From Eledone cirrhosa (taxonomy: Eukaryota): a stretch of 64,000 nt of DNA. Below, piece by piece: positions 13,257 to 27,179 of the stretch; positions within the stretch are counted from its first letter, which is position 1; each line of letters opens with the position of its first letter. The translations under genes and the position numbers were made by a program. Under the pieces are notes generated by a model. The model ran no database searches. It was not told the DNA's origin and saw nothing but the letters and a program-made list of their open reading frames with translations. The stretch covers positions 11,656,001 to 11,720,000 of the forward strand of contig OZ024757.1 of assembly GCA_964016885.1 (NCBI GenBank), given 5' to 3'.

Positions 13257-13417
13257 ATATATATATATACATATATATACATATATATACATATATACAT
13301 ATATATATACATATATATATACATATATACATATATATATATACATATAAACACATATATATATATACATATATATACATATATATATATACATTATATA
13401 TATATACATATATATAT

Positions 13418-13887
13418 AAGTTGTAATAAAATGAAAACGAAATTTCATTTCTCACTCTTAGTACGGCACTTACTGATACGTACATATATGTATGTACGTA
13501 TACATACATACTTACATTTAAGTAAGTGGCGTACTAAGAGTGAGAAATGAAATTTCGTTTTCATTTTATTACAACTTATCGTTTCGGTACGCCTGGCCGA
13601 ACTCACTCGATATGCAAATTAGGCTGCTCAGCCGTTAATTTTCATAAGCAAAGTATATACTTTCGAACGTTCAACCATCTGGCAGAAGGGTATACGGTGC
13701 TGATGATAGCTAACAAGCTTGAAACTAGTACATCGTTCCTGTGTCAGTGTTGAACAAAAAGGTGACGTGGTTGCCTTAACACCGTACGGCATAAATTCAG
13801 GCTGTTCAGTTTGCTTACAAACGAACAAAGCGGGCGTTATAATAAGCGTCCGCTAAACTGATACGTACATATATGTATGTGTACCTG

Positions 13888-13890
<3 letters not shown>
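13418..13890 (+). mobile_element. Short non-coding HHR element with inverted arm
   Basis: 13418-13473 inverted at 13522-13578; direct repeat ACTGATACGTACATATATGTATGT near 13472 and 13857; HHR inside. Confidence 0.65.
13694..13736 (+). ncRNA. Minimal hammerhead ribozyme
   Basis: ACGGUG-CUGAUGA-U-AGCU-AACA-AGCU-U-GAAAC-UA-GUA-CAUCGU. Confidence 0.8.
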
Positions 13891-13955
<65 letters not shown>

Positions 13956-13992
13956 TGCTACTGTACGTCTGTATACATATATGTATGTACGT

Positions 13993-14045
<53 letters not shown>

Positions 14046-14123
14046 CAAATATATATATATATATACATTATATAAATATACATTATATATATATACATTA
14101 TATATATATACATATATATATAC

Positions 14124-14154
<31 letters not shown>

Positions 14155-14350
14155 CATATATATATACATATATATATATATACATTACATATATATACAT
14201 TATATATATATATATACATTATATATATATACATTATATTTATATACATTATATATACATTATATATATATATATTATATATATATACATTATATATATA
14301 TACATTATATATATATACATTATATATATATAAATTATATATATATACAT

Positions 14351-14396
<46 letters not shown>

Positions 14397-14539
14397 TATA
14401 TACACATATACATATATATATACATATATATATATATAGACATGTATATATATATACATGTCTATATATATATACAAATATATATATATACATATATATA
14501 TATATACATATATATATAAATACATATATATATACATAT

Positions 14540-15870
14540 AACTTTGAATAACTTTGAAATATTTTGGCCAGTATTGGCCCAGGCCATGTCTAACTTAATA
14601 GCACCACCTGGCGAAGTCTTTCAATTCAGGATTTGGGCACCATGGCCCATTCGAGAAGAGAATTACTGTTTGCGGAGACATATCCGGGTATGGGTGGTTT
14701 GTCCGGGATTACTTGGAGGAATTTGTCCAAAGACTTCTTGAATTTTGTGTGGTCAGTTTCTGTTTTGACGTGTCCTGGTGTGATGTTGAAGAGAGCAGGG
14801 CCAATTGAGGTGAAATAATTGTGCCGTATTGTTGTTATGAGTTGCGATTTAGATTTTTTTTTGGGACGGATAGAACGGGGCCGAAGCCTTGGGTGTATTT
14901 TGAAAGTGATGCCAACATCATTTGGGCAGTGCTGATGAAACATTTTCCACATCATGCAGATAATATAACGCTCACGGCGACATTGGAGTGAGTAAAGTTT
15001 CAGCTTGTCTAGTCGACCCCAGTAGTCAAGGTCTGAGATGCCATCTATCTTTTTCGTGATTGCCCTTTGGGGAGCTTCAAGTTTCATGATACTTTGTTTC
15101 CTGTGGGGAGACCACAGTGGACAACAGTATTCAAGGTGTCGTCGGGCAAAAGTAGAGAAGAGAAGTATAATGGTGTGGGAATCTCTCGACTGGAAGGTTC
15201 TGAGGATCCAGGAACACATTCTGCGGGTCATGTCAACTTTGCAGCTTATATGCGTGGCCCAGCTTATGTTGTTGTCCACGGTTACTCCCAAGTCTCTGAT
15301 GTTGTTAGATGCCACGAGAGTTTCACCGGAAGGAAGGGAGTAGGGGAGTTTCAGAGCATCCTCTTTTCCAAAGTGGATCAGTTCGAATTTGTCTTCGTTC
15401 AGTAACATGTTGTTCTTTTTCACCCATTGGTTAACAGCCAGTAGGTCTGACTGAAGGCTTATCCGGTCATCCACGCCATTGATGACCTTATGGAGCTTGG
15501 AATCATCAGCGAAAATTCTAATGTTGCTGTGTTTGATGATGTCAGTGATGTCATTAATATAGATGATGAAGAGAAGTGGGCCCAACACAGTGCCTTGTGG
15601 GACCCCACTACTGATGTTGGCTGGGCTGGATTTGACTCCTTCGACTACAACATGTTGGGTTCTGTTTGACAGGAAGCTCTTGATCCACTGCAGCAGCTTT
15701 CCAGTGACACCAATATTGGACAGCTTTCTCAGTAGAATGTTGTGATCAACCCTGTCAAAGGCCTTGCTGAAGTCAAGGTAGATAACATCAGTGTTGGAAC
15801 CCTCTACCAAGGCTCTCAAAATGTCATCAAAGTGATGCAGTAGCTGCGTCAGGCAATCCCTTCCATTACG
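14540..15870 (-). mobile_element. CR1-group LINE family 1, 5'-truncated RT
   Basis: ORF 14626-15819: YLDFSKAFDRVDH, SGVPQGTVLGPLLF, FADD, RDLGV, LEYCCPLWSP; short 3' UTR with (TTCAAAGTTA)-type tail. Confidence 0.9.
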
Positions 15871-16098
15871 TATGTAATATGTATATATATATATACATAT
15901 TATAAATTTATTAAAATAACAGATTAAAGTTTAAGCAAAGAATCGCTGCTTTCATTTGCACTACGGTTCTTATATATTTGATATATATTTATCCTTATCG
16001 AGCCCTCTTTGGATTTTAGTCTTCAAATTTATTATTATTACTATACATATATATATATACATATAGAGATTACAATAATCAAAGTTCAGTTTAAATCA

Positions 16099-16147
16099 TT
16101 GCTTACAATTGTTTCCTCCAAACCGAGGTTTAGATTCTTCGGAGCAA
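16099..16147 (-). ncRNA. Hammerhead ribozyme, C4 variant (second copy 16949-16997 on +)
   Basis: UUGCU-CCGAAGA-A-UCUAAACC-UC-GGUUUGGA-G-GAAAC-AAUU-GUA-AGCAA. Confidence 0.65.
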
Positions 16148-16593
16148 CTATTTAGTGATCTATAAGATACTTGACCTCCTTTTCAACACAAGAGACATAT
16201 AAAAACATATGCACATATTGATCCACAGTGGGATGACATCCATCAAAATGATATAGCATGGCAATTTACATATAAAGGTTAAAGGATAAAGATACAAATA
16301 AAAATAAAAATAAAAATGAAGCATTGGCAGTCTATGAAGATAAAGCAAGAGGAAAGTTTAGAGTAGTCAGTGTATGAAACAATCTCACGTGTAGCATGCA
16401 CGCGTGTCTTATTTATACAGGATCAGAGTGCGTCAAATTGTTAGTTGCAGGATCAGGCAGTTGAAGCAGGCAATCGATATTATTATGTGAGCTGAATTAT
16501 TAAATCATTTTTTCGCATACACCTGTATGATATACAGTCCCGAATGTGGAGAAACACCAAAATATCAAAAATATCAAACATATTATAAAACAT

Positions 16594-16732
16594 ATTATAT
16601 CGTAGGCAAAACAGTACCACTGTCTGCGCGCACACCACCACTCACATAATCCATGAGACGCAATATATAGACCACGGGTCTATATAATGGTGTGCGCGAA
16701 GACAGTGGTACTGTTTTGCCTACGATATAATA
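16594..16732. repeat. Nested MITE-like hairpin with ~45-bp inverted repeats
   Basis: TATCGTAGGCAAAACAGTACCACTGTCT...AGACAGTGGTACTGTTTTGCCTACGATA, TA-flanked. Confidence 0.7.
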
Positions 16733-17203
16733 TAATAAACTTTGCTCTTGCTTTATCTTCATAGACTGCCAATGCTTCATTTATATTTTTATTTTTATTT
16801 TTATCTTTATCCTTTAACCTTTATATGTAAATTGCCATGCTATATCATTTTGATGGATGTCATCCCACTGTGGGTCAATGTGTGCATATGTTTTTATATG
16901 TCTCTTGTGTTGAAAAGGAGGTCAAGTATGTTATAGATCACTAAATAGTTGCTCCGAAGAATCCAAATCTCGGTTTGGAGGAAACAATTTTAAGCAAATA
17001 AATGATTTAAACTGAACTTTGATTATTGTAATCTCTATATAACTGCTCTGTAAAACAACCGATGTTACTACATTGAGCTATTTATCTTACTGGTAATAAG
17101 ATAGTAATTAATGACTATCTTTCAATATTTAGGGTTTGTATAAAAAATATATAACCATAAAATGTTTTATTACATACATAACCATAAATAGTACCCTTAA
17201 TAC

Positions 17204-17312
<109 letters not shown>

Positions 17313-17314
17313 TA

Positions 17315-18340
17315 TTTCGTTTCTGAATTTGTTTAGCAAGATTCTTTATCTGAAATCGTGTGTTGAAACCGATATTGTTATACTTTGGGAGGGTCATGTT
17401 GCCAATAAGAAACACACGCACCAGTTGCTTTCACTTCAATTTATTATATATTTATAAATTTATAAATTTACAAATCTACAAACTTATAAATTATAAATTT
17501 CTGGTTGGTTGGTTGGTTCCACAACCAGATAGTTTTTTTATATATAGTCATAGTCCTTTCGTCACACACTCTGTGACCTCTTCAGTGACTGGGGATTCCT
17601 TTCTTTGTTTCTGTGCCTTTCCTTTCTTCTGTCCTACGCCATTTTGTTTCTGTGTGTGTGTTGTGTGCTCAGTTTGCGCATGCGCCACATCCGGGTGTCT
17701 GTGTGTGTTTGTGTTCATTTATCTATTTGTTTATTTATTTACATGTTGTTGGTTGGTTGTTTGTTCTATGTGTGTGTGTGTTTTCATTTTGTCCTTAATT
17801 GTAAGTTGTGATGTTGCTGTTCCACTCATATTTTCTATTTAATTTTGGTTGTAATTCTTTTATGCTTACTGCCTCTGTAATTTGCCTAAACATTGCATCT
17901 TTTCTGTGTGTGGATTCTATTTTTATTTCTATGTTCTCTAATTTACCCTTGTGTTCTATCTTAGCATGTTGGTAGAGTACAGATGATTCTTTATTATCTT
18001 GAAGGTCTCGCCAGTGTTCATTTATCCGTTCCCCTATACTACGAGCTGTCTCACCTATGTACACTATACTTTTTGTTTCTACTTTGTCCTTCAGTACATC
18101 TTATGCTATACACTACATTTCTAGTTTTACAGTTAATATGGGGGCTTATTTTACAGGTTATACATTTCTTATCTATACATGAGGGTCTTTGGAACGGGTA
18201 TGTCTTGCTAATAAGTGTTTTTACGGAGGTACCTGGTCTTTCTACTATCTTAATACTGAGTTTATGTTTATTTAGGGCCCTTCTAAATTTGTAGGCTAGT
18301 TCGCCTCTAGGGGTTGTATTGATGAACATTACACTCTGGT
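17315..18340 (-). mobile_element. Penelope-like element family E (Neptune-like), 3' part
   Basis: CIDKKCITC linker, VVYSIRC...YIGETAR, ERINEH, LYQHAKIEH, EAVSI, PKLN; second copy 32208-33222. Confidence 0.88.
17546..17590 (-). ncRNA. Minimal hammerhead ribozyme family E (second copy 32424-32468)
   Basis: AGUCA-CUGAAGA-G-GUCACA-GAGUG-UGUGAC-GAAAG-GA-CUA-UGACU. Confidence 0.75.
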
Positions 18341-21300
18341 GAGCATCTTCAGTGGAGTTGCTAAGGCACGCTTACATATTTTTAAGAGAACTGCTGGGAA
18401 TCCACATCAGGTCCAGCAGCCGAGTCTGTTCTAATTTCATCAATGGCGTACACCACATCCTCCTCCGTTATGTCTATGTGGTTGATGGTTGCCATTTCTT
18501 CATGTAGTGTTGTGGCATCAAAGAACTCCTCTGGCTTCGTTATTTGCATGTGCCTCAGTGGACATGTGAACACACTTTTGTACTGTTCGTTCAGTATTTC
18601 ACATATCTCTTGGGGGTTTTCGGTTAATGAACCGTCCGTGTGGAAGAGTCGCCCAATCTTGCAGTGTACTGAGGCAGTTTCCTTTGCAAATTTAAAGAAG
18701 GCCTTAGGGTTTGTTTTAATGTTTTCTATGGCCCTGTTCTCTTTCTTTGCCCTCTCATTCTCATGGGAAAGTTTGAGTGCAATCTCGGTGTCAAGTAGTG
18801 CACGTTTCAAATAGGATTCCTTCTTGTTTTTGTTTTGTTGACTATTCAACTGGTTTGAGAGTTTAGTTCTACGTCTCATAAGGATTTTCCTATCTCTGGG
18901 AATATGATTTTTGTGTCTGTTTGCCTCTTTCTCCGGGACCAACCTTTTGCATATAGTGTGTATCGTTGTCATGAAGTGTTGAAATTGTGTGTTAGTGTCT
19001 TGTGTGGCGGTGTTTTCACTCCATGTTTGCTTCCAGATTTCTCTCTTAATCTTTTTCCAGTTAGCCTTGTAGAAGTTAAGGCTGGATAGCGTCCCGGAGC
19101 TTCTTGGTGGTTTTGTCTCTGTTGGTTCTCTTGGACCACATATCATTAACTCTACTAAGTTATGATCCGAGAGAATTGTTGGTGTCACCTTTACATTGTG
19201 GATGAGCACTTCGTTTTTTGTTAAACAGAGGTCCAGGACATTTTAGCCTCTTGTTGGGAGGAGTATTGCTTGCTCCATGAACAGCCTGTGTGTGAGGGCC
19301 AGCAGGGATTCCGTCTGTCTCTGTTCTATTGACGTCATTCCAGGGAGGAGGTGGCACTCAGGCCATTTGACCTTTGGTAGGTTGAAGTCTCCCAGCAGTA
19401 GGATGTTGAGACCATGGTCCAGTTTGTCAAGGACCTCTTCTATCCTACTTAGGCTATCCTCAAATTTACCCTCATGATCGGGCGGCCGATATGTGACACA
19501 TATTACTGTCTGTAATTGCTTCATATGTATTATCAGTGTGTCACAGACTTAGTTTGAATGTGTCAACAGTACAATTGGTGTGACATCTTCACGGATATAC
19601 AGAGCAACCCCACCATGAGTTCTCTCCTTCCTGTCCGAACGAAATACAGTATATTTCGGTATATGTATTTCTGCATCTGCTATACTGCTTGTCAGTTGCG
19701 TTTCGGTTAGTGCCATGCATAGTGCTTGATTGCTTATGGCTAAGTCTCCCAGGTAGGAAATTTTACTCATGTTACTGAGTTTCACCAGGCCTCTGGCATT
19801 CAGCAGCAGCACTGGTGTGACTTTTGGGGTGCCAGTAATGGCTGTCGGTATGACACCTGGTCTGGTGTCAGCGGCGGCCACTCTGGGTCCCTTAACTGTG
19901 GTGGTCTCGAGTGTTGATGTGGATGACCCTGGCTCTGGAGACGATGCAGCCAGGTCAGCTGTCCCACAATCTTCTCTGCCATCACTAACAAATGTTTCTG
20001 CTCTGCTGCTGCCATCTGTATCTCGTCGGCATGTGCGTGCCTTCTCCTTGTTGGTGCGGCACGCGCGACATCAGCATACTTCTGGAGCGGCTTATTTCGG
20101 CTTTGGCTGGGGCATCCTGCGCGAGTAGGATGGGCATAGTTCGTTTGAGACCTAGGGTGGGCGAATCTGCATCCCATCCCTGTCTCTCCATGCCAGCATG
20201 TCCCGTTCTTGAAAAACTTGCACATTACTTGGGTTTTTTTGCTCCCAGTGTCTCGGTGCTTTCTGTTCTTCCTTTGAACAGTTATCCACTGGTCCCTCTG
20301 CACTTGGTTCTCCTCCGGAAGGTGATTTCGCTTTTCACCTTTGCCCTTTGCTTGTTGGTTGCCCGGCCAGGCCTCCCTGCCTGTGGCGGAGGGTATATCA
20401 TTTTCTTTCAGGTCCGTGCTTGTGCTCTCCTCCTTTTCTTTTTCCTTTTCCTTCTCTTTCTCCTCATCCCTCTCTTCGGTTTTCTCCTCCCTGAGGACAC
20501 GGCTTAGCATCGCCATATGTGGCGCTATGAGGACATACGCCTTCTCAATTTCTTTTCTCTTTCTCTCTATCTGTGCAGGGTCCTCAGAAACCCATGGCTC
20601 TTCAGGTTCTCCGCCATCTTTTTGCTTGGTGGAGACCCATCAGCCATGGTCCACCCCTTTATCAAAACCACTAGTTCCATCTTTGACAAGTTTCGTTGAC
20701 TCCTAATTTCATCTTTCTCCTGCATGCAGTCCATTTCGCTGTGGAGGGGAGGAGAGAGACAGTGGGAAGTGTAGGGTAGAGGTTAGAGAGGGACAGAGGG
20801 AGGGAGGGAGATATAAGTCCAGCTCNNNNNNNNNNNNNNNNNNNNNNNNNNNNNNNNNNNNNNNNNNNNNNNNNNNNNNNNNNNNNNNNNNNNNNNNNNN
20901 NNNNNNNNNNNNNNNNNNNNNNNNNNNNNNNNNNNNNNNNNNNNNNNNNNNNNNNNNNNNNNNNNNNNNNNNNNNNNNNNNNNNNNNNNNNNNNNNNNNN
21001 NNNNNNNNNNNNNNNNNNNNNNNNNAAGGGGGTTAAGAGACAGAAGAGAGGAGCGAGAGAGAGAGAGGAAGGAAGGAGAGAGATAGAGACAGCGTGAGCA
21101 ATAGCAGTTCATGAAATAAAAATAAAAATAAATTTTAAATTAAATTAATGAATGGAAGAAACCAAAATTATAAAGATATAGAAACACGATGTAAGTTGTA
21201 TATAAGTTGACTAAATGTTTGTTTACAAATATAAATAACGGGAACCGTATAGATTGACGAAAGTTATTGTAATATCAACATATCAAACAAGAAACAACAA

Positions 21301-21698
21301 ACACACATGCTCACCGATTCAAAAACATATAAAATTATATTAAATTAAATTATGTTACTCAGAAAAATCAAAATGATACAAGATCTATTTAAGTTAAATT
21401 AAAATTAGATTACGTATGCTCTGTAGGGTAGTCAAGAAAAATAGAAAGCACGTGTGTGTGTTGTCTCCTATGAAGGTATCACACGGTGAAAATAAACATG
21501 ATTAAAACGCTAATATATGTAAAATATACTTCAAAATAATTGCGTCAAAGCACAAAAACTTATCTTTTTTGTATGTTTTCCTTGTCCTCTGAAAAATTAA
21601 AGCCATACATGAATCCGATTTACTGTCGATTTAAAATATTAAAATTTCAAATCTGGACATACGAGAAACCACGTCTTATTCCAACAAGTTACCAAGCC
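18341..21698 (-). mobile_element. CR1-group LINE family 2, 5' half (probable 5' UTR, ORF1 with CCCH finger, APE endonuclease), disrupted
   Basis: ORF1 CKFFKNGTCWHGETGMGCRFAHP; EN motifs LLNARGL, ALTET, GGVALYI, YRPP, GDFNLP, SDHN; near-identical to 55500-56478 and 56500-56716. Confidence 0.82.
20826..21025. other. Assembly gap (200 N)
   Basis: Run of N within a GA-rich tract. Confidence 1.
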
Positions 21699-21729
21699 TA
21701 TATATACATATATATATATGTACATATAC

Positions 21730-21762
<33 letters not shown>

Positions 21763-21769
21763 CATATAC

Positions 21770-21800
<31 letters not shown>

Positions 21801-21834
21801 TATAGATACATATATATATATACATATATATACT

Positions 21835-21866
<32 letters not shown>

Positions 21867-22648
21867 CATATATATATACATATATACATATATATACATA
21901 TATATATATATATACATATATATATACATATATACATATATATATATACATAATTATATATATACACATATATATATATGTATACATATATATATATGTA
22001 TACATATATATATATATATGTATTCATTAGTTAAGCAAAACAAGACCACACACTTCACAAGGAAGACATTATTAAAATATTGTCAACATATTTTAGTTTG
22101 ATGTAAGGATTGTAGAGAATAATATGTATATATATGTATATATATGTATATATATGTATATATATATATGTATATATACATATATATATATATGTATACA
22201 TATATATATATACATATATATATATACATATATATATATACATATATATATATACATATATATATACACATATATATATACACATATATATATACACATA
22301 TATATACACATATATATACACACATATATATACATATATATATATATACATACATATATATACACACATATATATACATATATATATTAACATACATATA
22401 TATACATATATATATATACAAATATATATATACACATATATATATACAAATATATATATATATATATACACATATATATATACACATATATATATATACA
22501 CATATATATATACACATATATATACACACATATATATATACATATATATACATACATATATATACATATATATATATACATATATATATATACATATATA
22601 TATATATACATATATATTATACATATATATATACATATATATATATAC

Positions 22649-22693
<45 letters not shown>

Positions 22694-22744
22694 CATATAT
22701 ACTTATATACATATATATATATACATATATACATATATACATAT

Positions 22745-22777
<33 letters not shown>

Positions 22778-22779
<2 letters not shown>

Positions 22780-25700
22780 CGATATTAAATAAATGGAAAC
22801 TATATTTATAAAACCATATCTATTTCATTATATATATTTCAGGGATATCATATTAACAATATGTTATGCCTTCTTCAGACAAAATACAATATAGACAGTT
22901 TTATAGATAAATAGATTTGACATACCGTTCAACATCGACTTGTATTTGAAAAAGTTGATTTGGCAGTGAAAAAATTGTAAACAGAAAGAAAGAAAGAAAG
23001 AAAGAAGGAAAGAAAGAAAGAAAAAAAGAAAACGAAGAAAAAGAAGAAAAAGAAGAAATGCATGCAACAAAATAGAGAGATGGAAAGATAGATAAAGAGA
23101 AGAACTTCATCTAAAGAAACAGAGAGAGATGTATAGAGAGAGGAAATAGATAGAGGTAGATATATATATAGAGAAAAGTAGGTAGTTGGACGACGTATCA
23201 ATGATACCTTTATTTATTTATTTATTTATTTAGCTCTAGTAATAATGTAAGGGAGATATATGTCGTTAGGAAAGAAACCAGCTGTTATATAGAGAGAAAA
23301 ATGAAAAGTAACCAGACATAGGCGAGGCAGAATTCAAAAACCCTATGTTTTAATGTAGAAGTATTAGTTCGTATAAAAACCAGGCACTATAATGTAAATA
23401 TCAGTATTCCTGAATGAGACACGTATCTATAATGTGTGAAAAGTAATGATCTTATGTCTAGTTTTAAAAATTCATATGTTTATATGATAACTACAAAACA
23501 TCTATGTGAATTTACGTGATCAACTCTGCAAACCCCTATTTCACACGGAGAACATTCTCATTGTGCTATAAACATTTAAGTATACATATATGTGTATATA
23601 TACACACATATATATAGAGTCTATATTAATTTTAACAATACTATTCTTGTCTTTACTCTACATGATTATCTATCAAGCAGAAATAGAGAACAGATTTCAA
23701 TATATTAATCAAAATATCAGAAACAAAAACAAAAAATACAAATAATAATAATAATAATAATAATAAAAATAAATAAAAAAAAAATAAAAATAAAAATAAA
23801 AAATAAAAAAATAAAAAAATAAACAAATAAATAAAATAGAAAACTAAAAAATATTATATATTAAAAATGAAAATATTAAAAAAATGAAAATATTAAAAAT
23901 ATTAAAAAATATTATTAATTATTATTAAAATATATTAAAAAATATTATTAAAAAATATTAAAATAATAAAAATAAAAACATAATATGCCACGCAAATCGA
24001 CCACAAAGATCAACCCTTCAAAATTAATTGACAATATATTGCCAAGTTCATTATAAGCATCAGAGTCGAAAACAGATAAAGCTAAAAATTATTTACCAAA
24101 TTGCGTCTAGCAGAAATCATTTCAAAAGTTTAGGATGCCCATTTGGTCTACATATGTTCTTATATTTAATATAGAAGTTTATCTAGTGTAACGTTTATTC
24201 GATATATTTGGAGCATCAACTTTTAGGGTAGTTTAATTTTTCATGAAGAATGTTTAAAATAAAAATTAAAATAAAAATAAAAAGAAGAATAAAAAGAAGA
24301 AATCGAAAGATTTATCGGCTAGTTTCCCAAATAATTACAAATCAAACTAAATATACTACATTTTAAATTTAAATTTATATTTAAAAGTTGAGTTCAATCT
24401 ATGTTTGCAGCAACTGAATAAATTTGTCCGTAGATAAAGGGAATTTTTAGATTTTAGTATAAAGAATATCTCCTCCGCGCAGAGGTCACATGTCTCAGAG
24501 GATGAATTAAAAGGAATCCCTCTTGAGACTATATTCCAAGCCGTCGAATATCTAACGTTATCTTGCCTAAGTTGCCAGAGTACGCCTGATAGTGCAGTTG
24601 AAGATTTTTTGCTTGGATCTGTGAAAGAATTCTTGTGGTTATTATAACGAAGTTTAAATTCCGTCGATGTGGAACCGACGTAGTTAAAAGAATTAGAGTC
24701 CGTTTTAACATTACAGTTGTATATTATATTTTTAACTAAGCAGTTGTTATTTAACGGACATTTAGATCTATCTCTACAGTTACATTTGTTAACTTGTATA
24801 TTATTTATGCTATTATCGCTAGGTTTTAAGTTCCTATTATTTATTCTATTAATATTTTGTGCTAAATTTTTGGTGGATGAGTAGGTTAATTTTATAGTAT
24901 GTCTATTGAAAATTGAGTGATACCTATGTGTTCTAGGGAAGCGATTATCAAGAGCTTTAAAAAATAGTTTAGCGATGTGGGTTTTAATGTTTAGTGAGAA
25001 AGGGGGGAGGGGGGGCAAACCATATTATGTTCCTAGTTCTATTTCTTTTTTGGCTTTTGGAATTATTGTAATGCTTTCTATTATAGTTGTTAAGATTGTG
25101 GCCGTAATTAAAACAGTTGTTATTTTGTTTAGTTTGTCTATCATTATCTATGTACATAATCTTATCACTATATCCTGCTCTAGCTAACGCTTCATTGTAG
25201 TACTGGGCTTTTTCGTCGAAAATCTTTCTATTAGACGAGATTCTAGAGATACGTTTTTGAACAGAGTTTACTATAGTGTTTTTGACAGATCTTGAAATGA
25301 TTTCTGCTAGACGCAATTTGGTAAATAATTTTTAGCTTTATCTGTTTTCGACTCTGATGCTTATATATATATTGTCAATTAATTTTGAAGGGTTGATCTT
25401 TGTGGTCTATTTGCGTGGCATATTATGTTTTTATTTTTATTATTTTAATATTTTTTTAATAATATTTTTTAATATTTTTTAATAATAATTAATAATATTT
25501 TTTAATATTTTTAATATTTTCATTTTTTAATATTTTCATTTTTAATATATAATATTTTTTAGTTTTCTATTTTATTTATTTGTTTATTTTTTTCATTTTT
25601 TTATTTATTTATTTTTATTTTTATTTTTATTTATTTTTTTATTTAATTTTATTATTATTATTATTATTTTTTGTATTTTTTATTTTTGTTTCTGATATTT

Positions 25701-26836
25701 TTATTAATATATTGAAATCTGTTCTCTATTTCTGCTTGATAGATAATCATGTAGAGTAAAGACAAGAATAGTATTGTTAAAATTAATATAGACTCTATAT
25801 ATATGTGTGTATATATACACATATATGTATACTTATATTTTTATAGCACAATGAGAATGTTCTCCGTGTGAAATAGATGTTTTGTAGTTATCATATAAAC
25901 ATATGAATTTTTAAAACTAGACATAAGATCATTACTTTTCACACATATAGATACGTGTCTCATTCAGAAATACTGATATTTACATTATAGTGCCTGGTTT
26001 TTATACGAACTAATAGATGTTTTGTAGTTATCATAGATGTTTTGTAGTTATCATATAAACATATGAATTTTTAAAACTAGACATAAGATCATTACTTTTC
26101 ACACATATAGATACGTGTCTCATTCAGAAATACTGATATTTACATTATAGTGCCTGGTTTTTATACGAACTAATACTTCTACATTAAAACATAGGGTTTT
26201 TGAATTCTGCCTCGCCTATGTCTGGTTACTTTTCATTTTTCTCTCTATATAACGGCTGGTTTCTTTCCTAACGACATATATCTCCCTTACTAGAGCTAAA
26301 TAAATAAATAAATAAATAAAGGTATCATTGATACGTCGTCCAACTACCTACTTTTCTCTATATATATCTATCTCTATCTATTTCCTCTCTCTATATATCT
26401 CTCTCTGTTTCTTTACATGAAGTTCTTCTCTTTATCTATCTTTCCATCTCTCTATTTTGTTGCATGCATTTCTTCTTTTTCTTCTTTTTCTTCGTTTTCT
26501 TTTTTTCTTTCTTTCTTTCCTTCTTTCTTTCTTTCTTTCTTTCTGTTTACAATTTTTTCACTGCCAAATCAACTTTTTCAAATACAAGTCGATGTTGAAC
26601 GGTATGTCAAATCTATTTATCTATAAAACTGTCTATATTGTATTTTGTCTGAAGAAGGCATAACATATTGTTAATATGATATCCCTGAAATATATATAAT
26701 GAAATAGATATGGTTTTATAAATATAGTTTCCATTTATTTAATATCGTAAATATACTCCAAATACTTGTTGAGTGCTTTTATATCAGTTATAAATATTTA
26801 CTAGTTGTAACCCAACAATTTAAATATAACTTTCCA
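22778..26836 (-). mobile_element. Penelope-like element family C, copy 1 (fold-back, ~1.35-kb arms)
   Basis: Frameshifted ORF 24356-25292 (GIY-YIG); arm 22778-24125 inverted at 25292-26749, plus 87-bp extension. Confidence 0.92.
26641..26706 (+). ncRNA. Hammerhead ribozyme family C (also 22821-22886 -, 58846-58911 -, 63456-63521 +)
   Basis: UAUUUUGU-CUGAAGA-AGG.AUA.CAUAUU-GUU-AAUAUG.UAU.CCU-GAAAU-AUAU-AUA-AUGAAAUA; N7 varies (A/G) between C1 and C2, as a variable core position should. Confidence 0.75.
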
Positions 26837-26870
<34 letters not shown>

Positions 26871-26951
26871 CACATATATATATACACATAGAAAAAGCTC
26901 AAAGATTCCAATGAATAGATCCAAGCATTTTATATCAACTAGAAATTGATT

Positions 26952-26996
<45 letters not shown>

Positions 26997-27179
26997 AAAA
27001 TAAACACCTGAAACAATGACAGGGGATAATGTGTAGTGTAATCACACATAGCAAAAATGATGAATCCTCCTTGTATATATTTCATTAAAGAAATCTATTT
27101 CACCAATAATCCGTAAAGTCACAGTAGTCAAATCTTGGATCGTCAGCAAGGGGCAACACTTAACTATCTGTGTTTACAC

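Larger units (their letters stand above)
16064..17203. mobile_element. Non-coding fold-back HHR element family H
   Basis: Arm 16064-16350 inverted at 16745-17040, plus ~160-bp extension; HHR in each arm; no ORF. Confidence 0.75.

Noticed and set aside
22778-26836. Large DNA transposon with terminal inverted repeats
   Set aside because: No transposase; arms are PLE 3' UTR sequence with copy-specific lengths and asymmetric ends.
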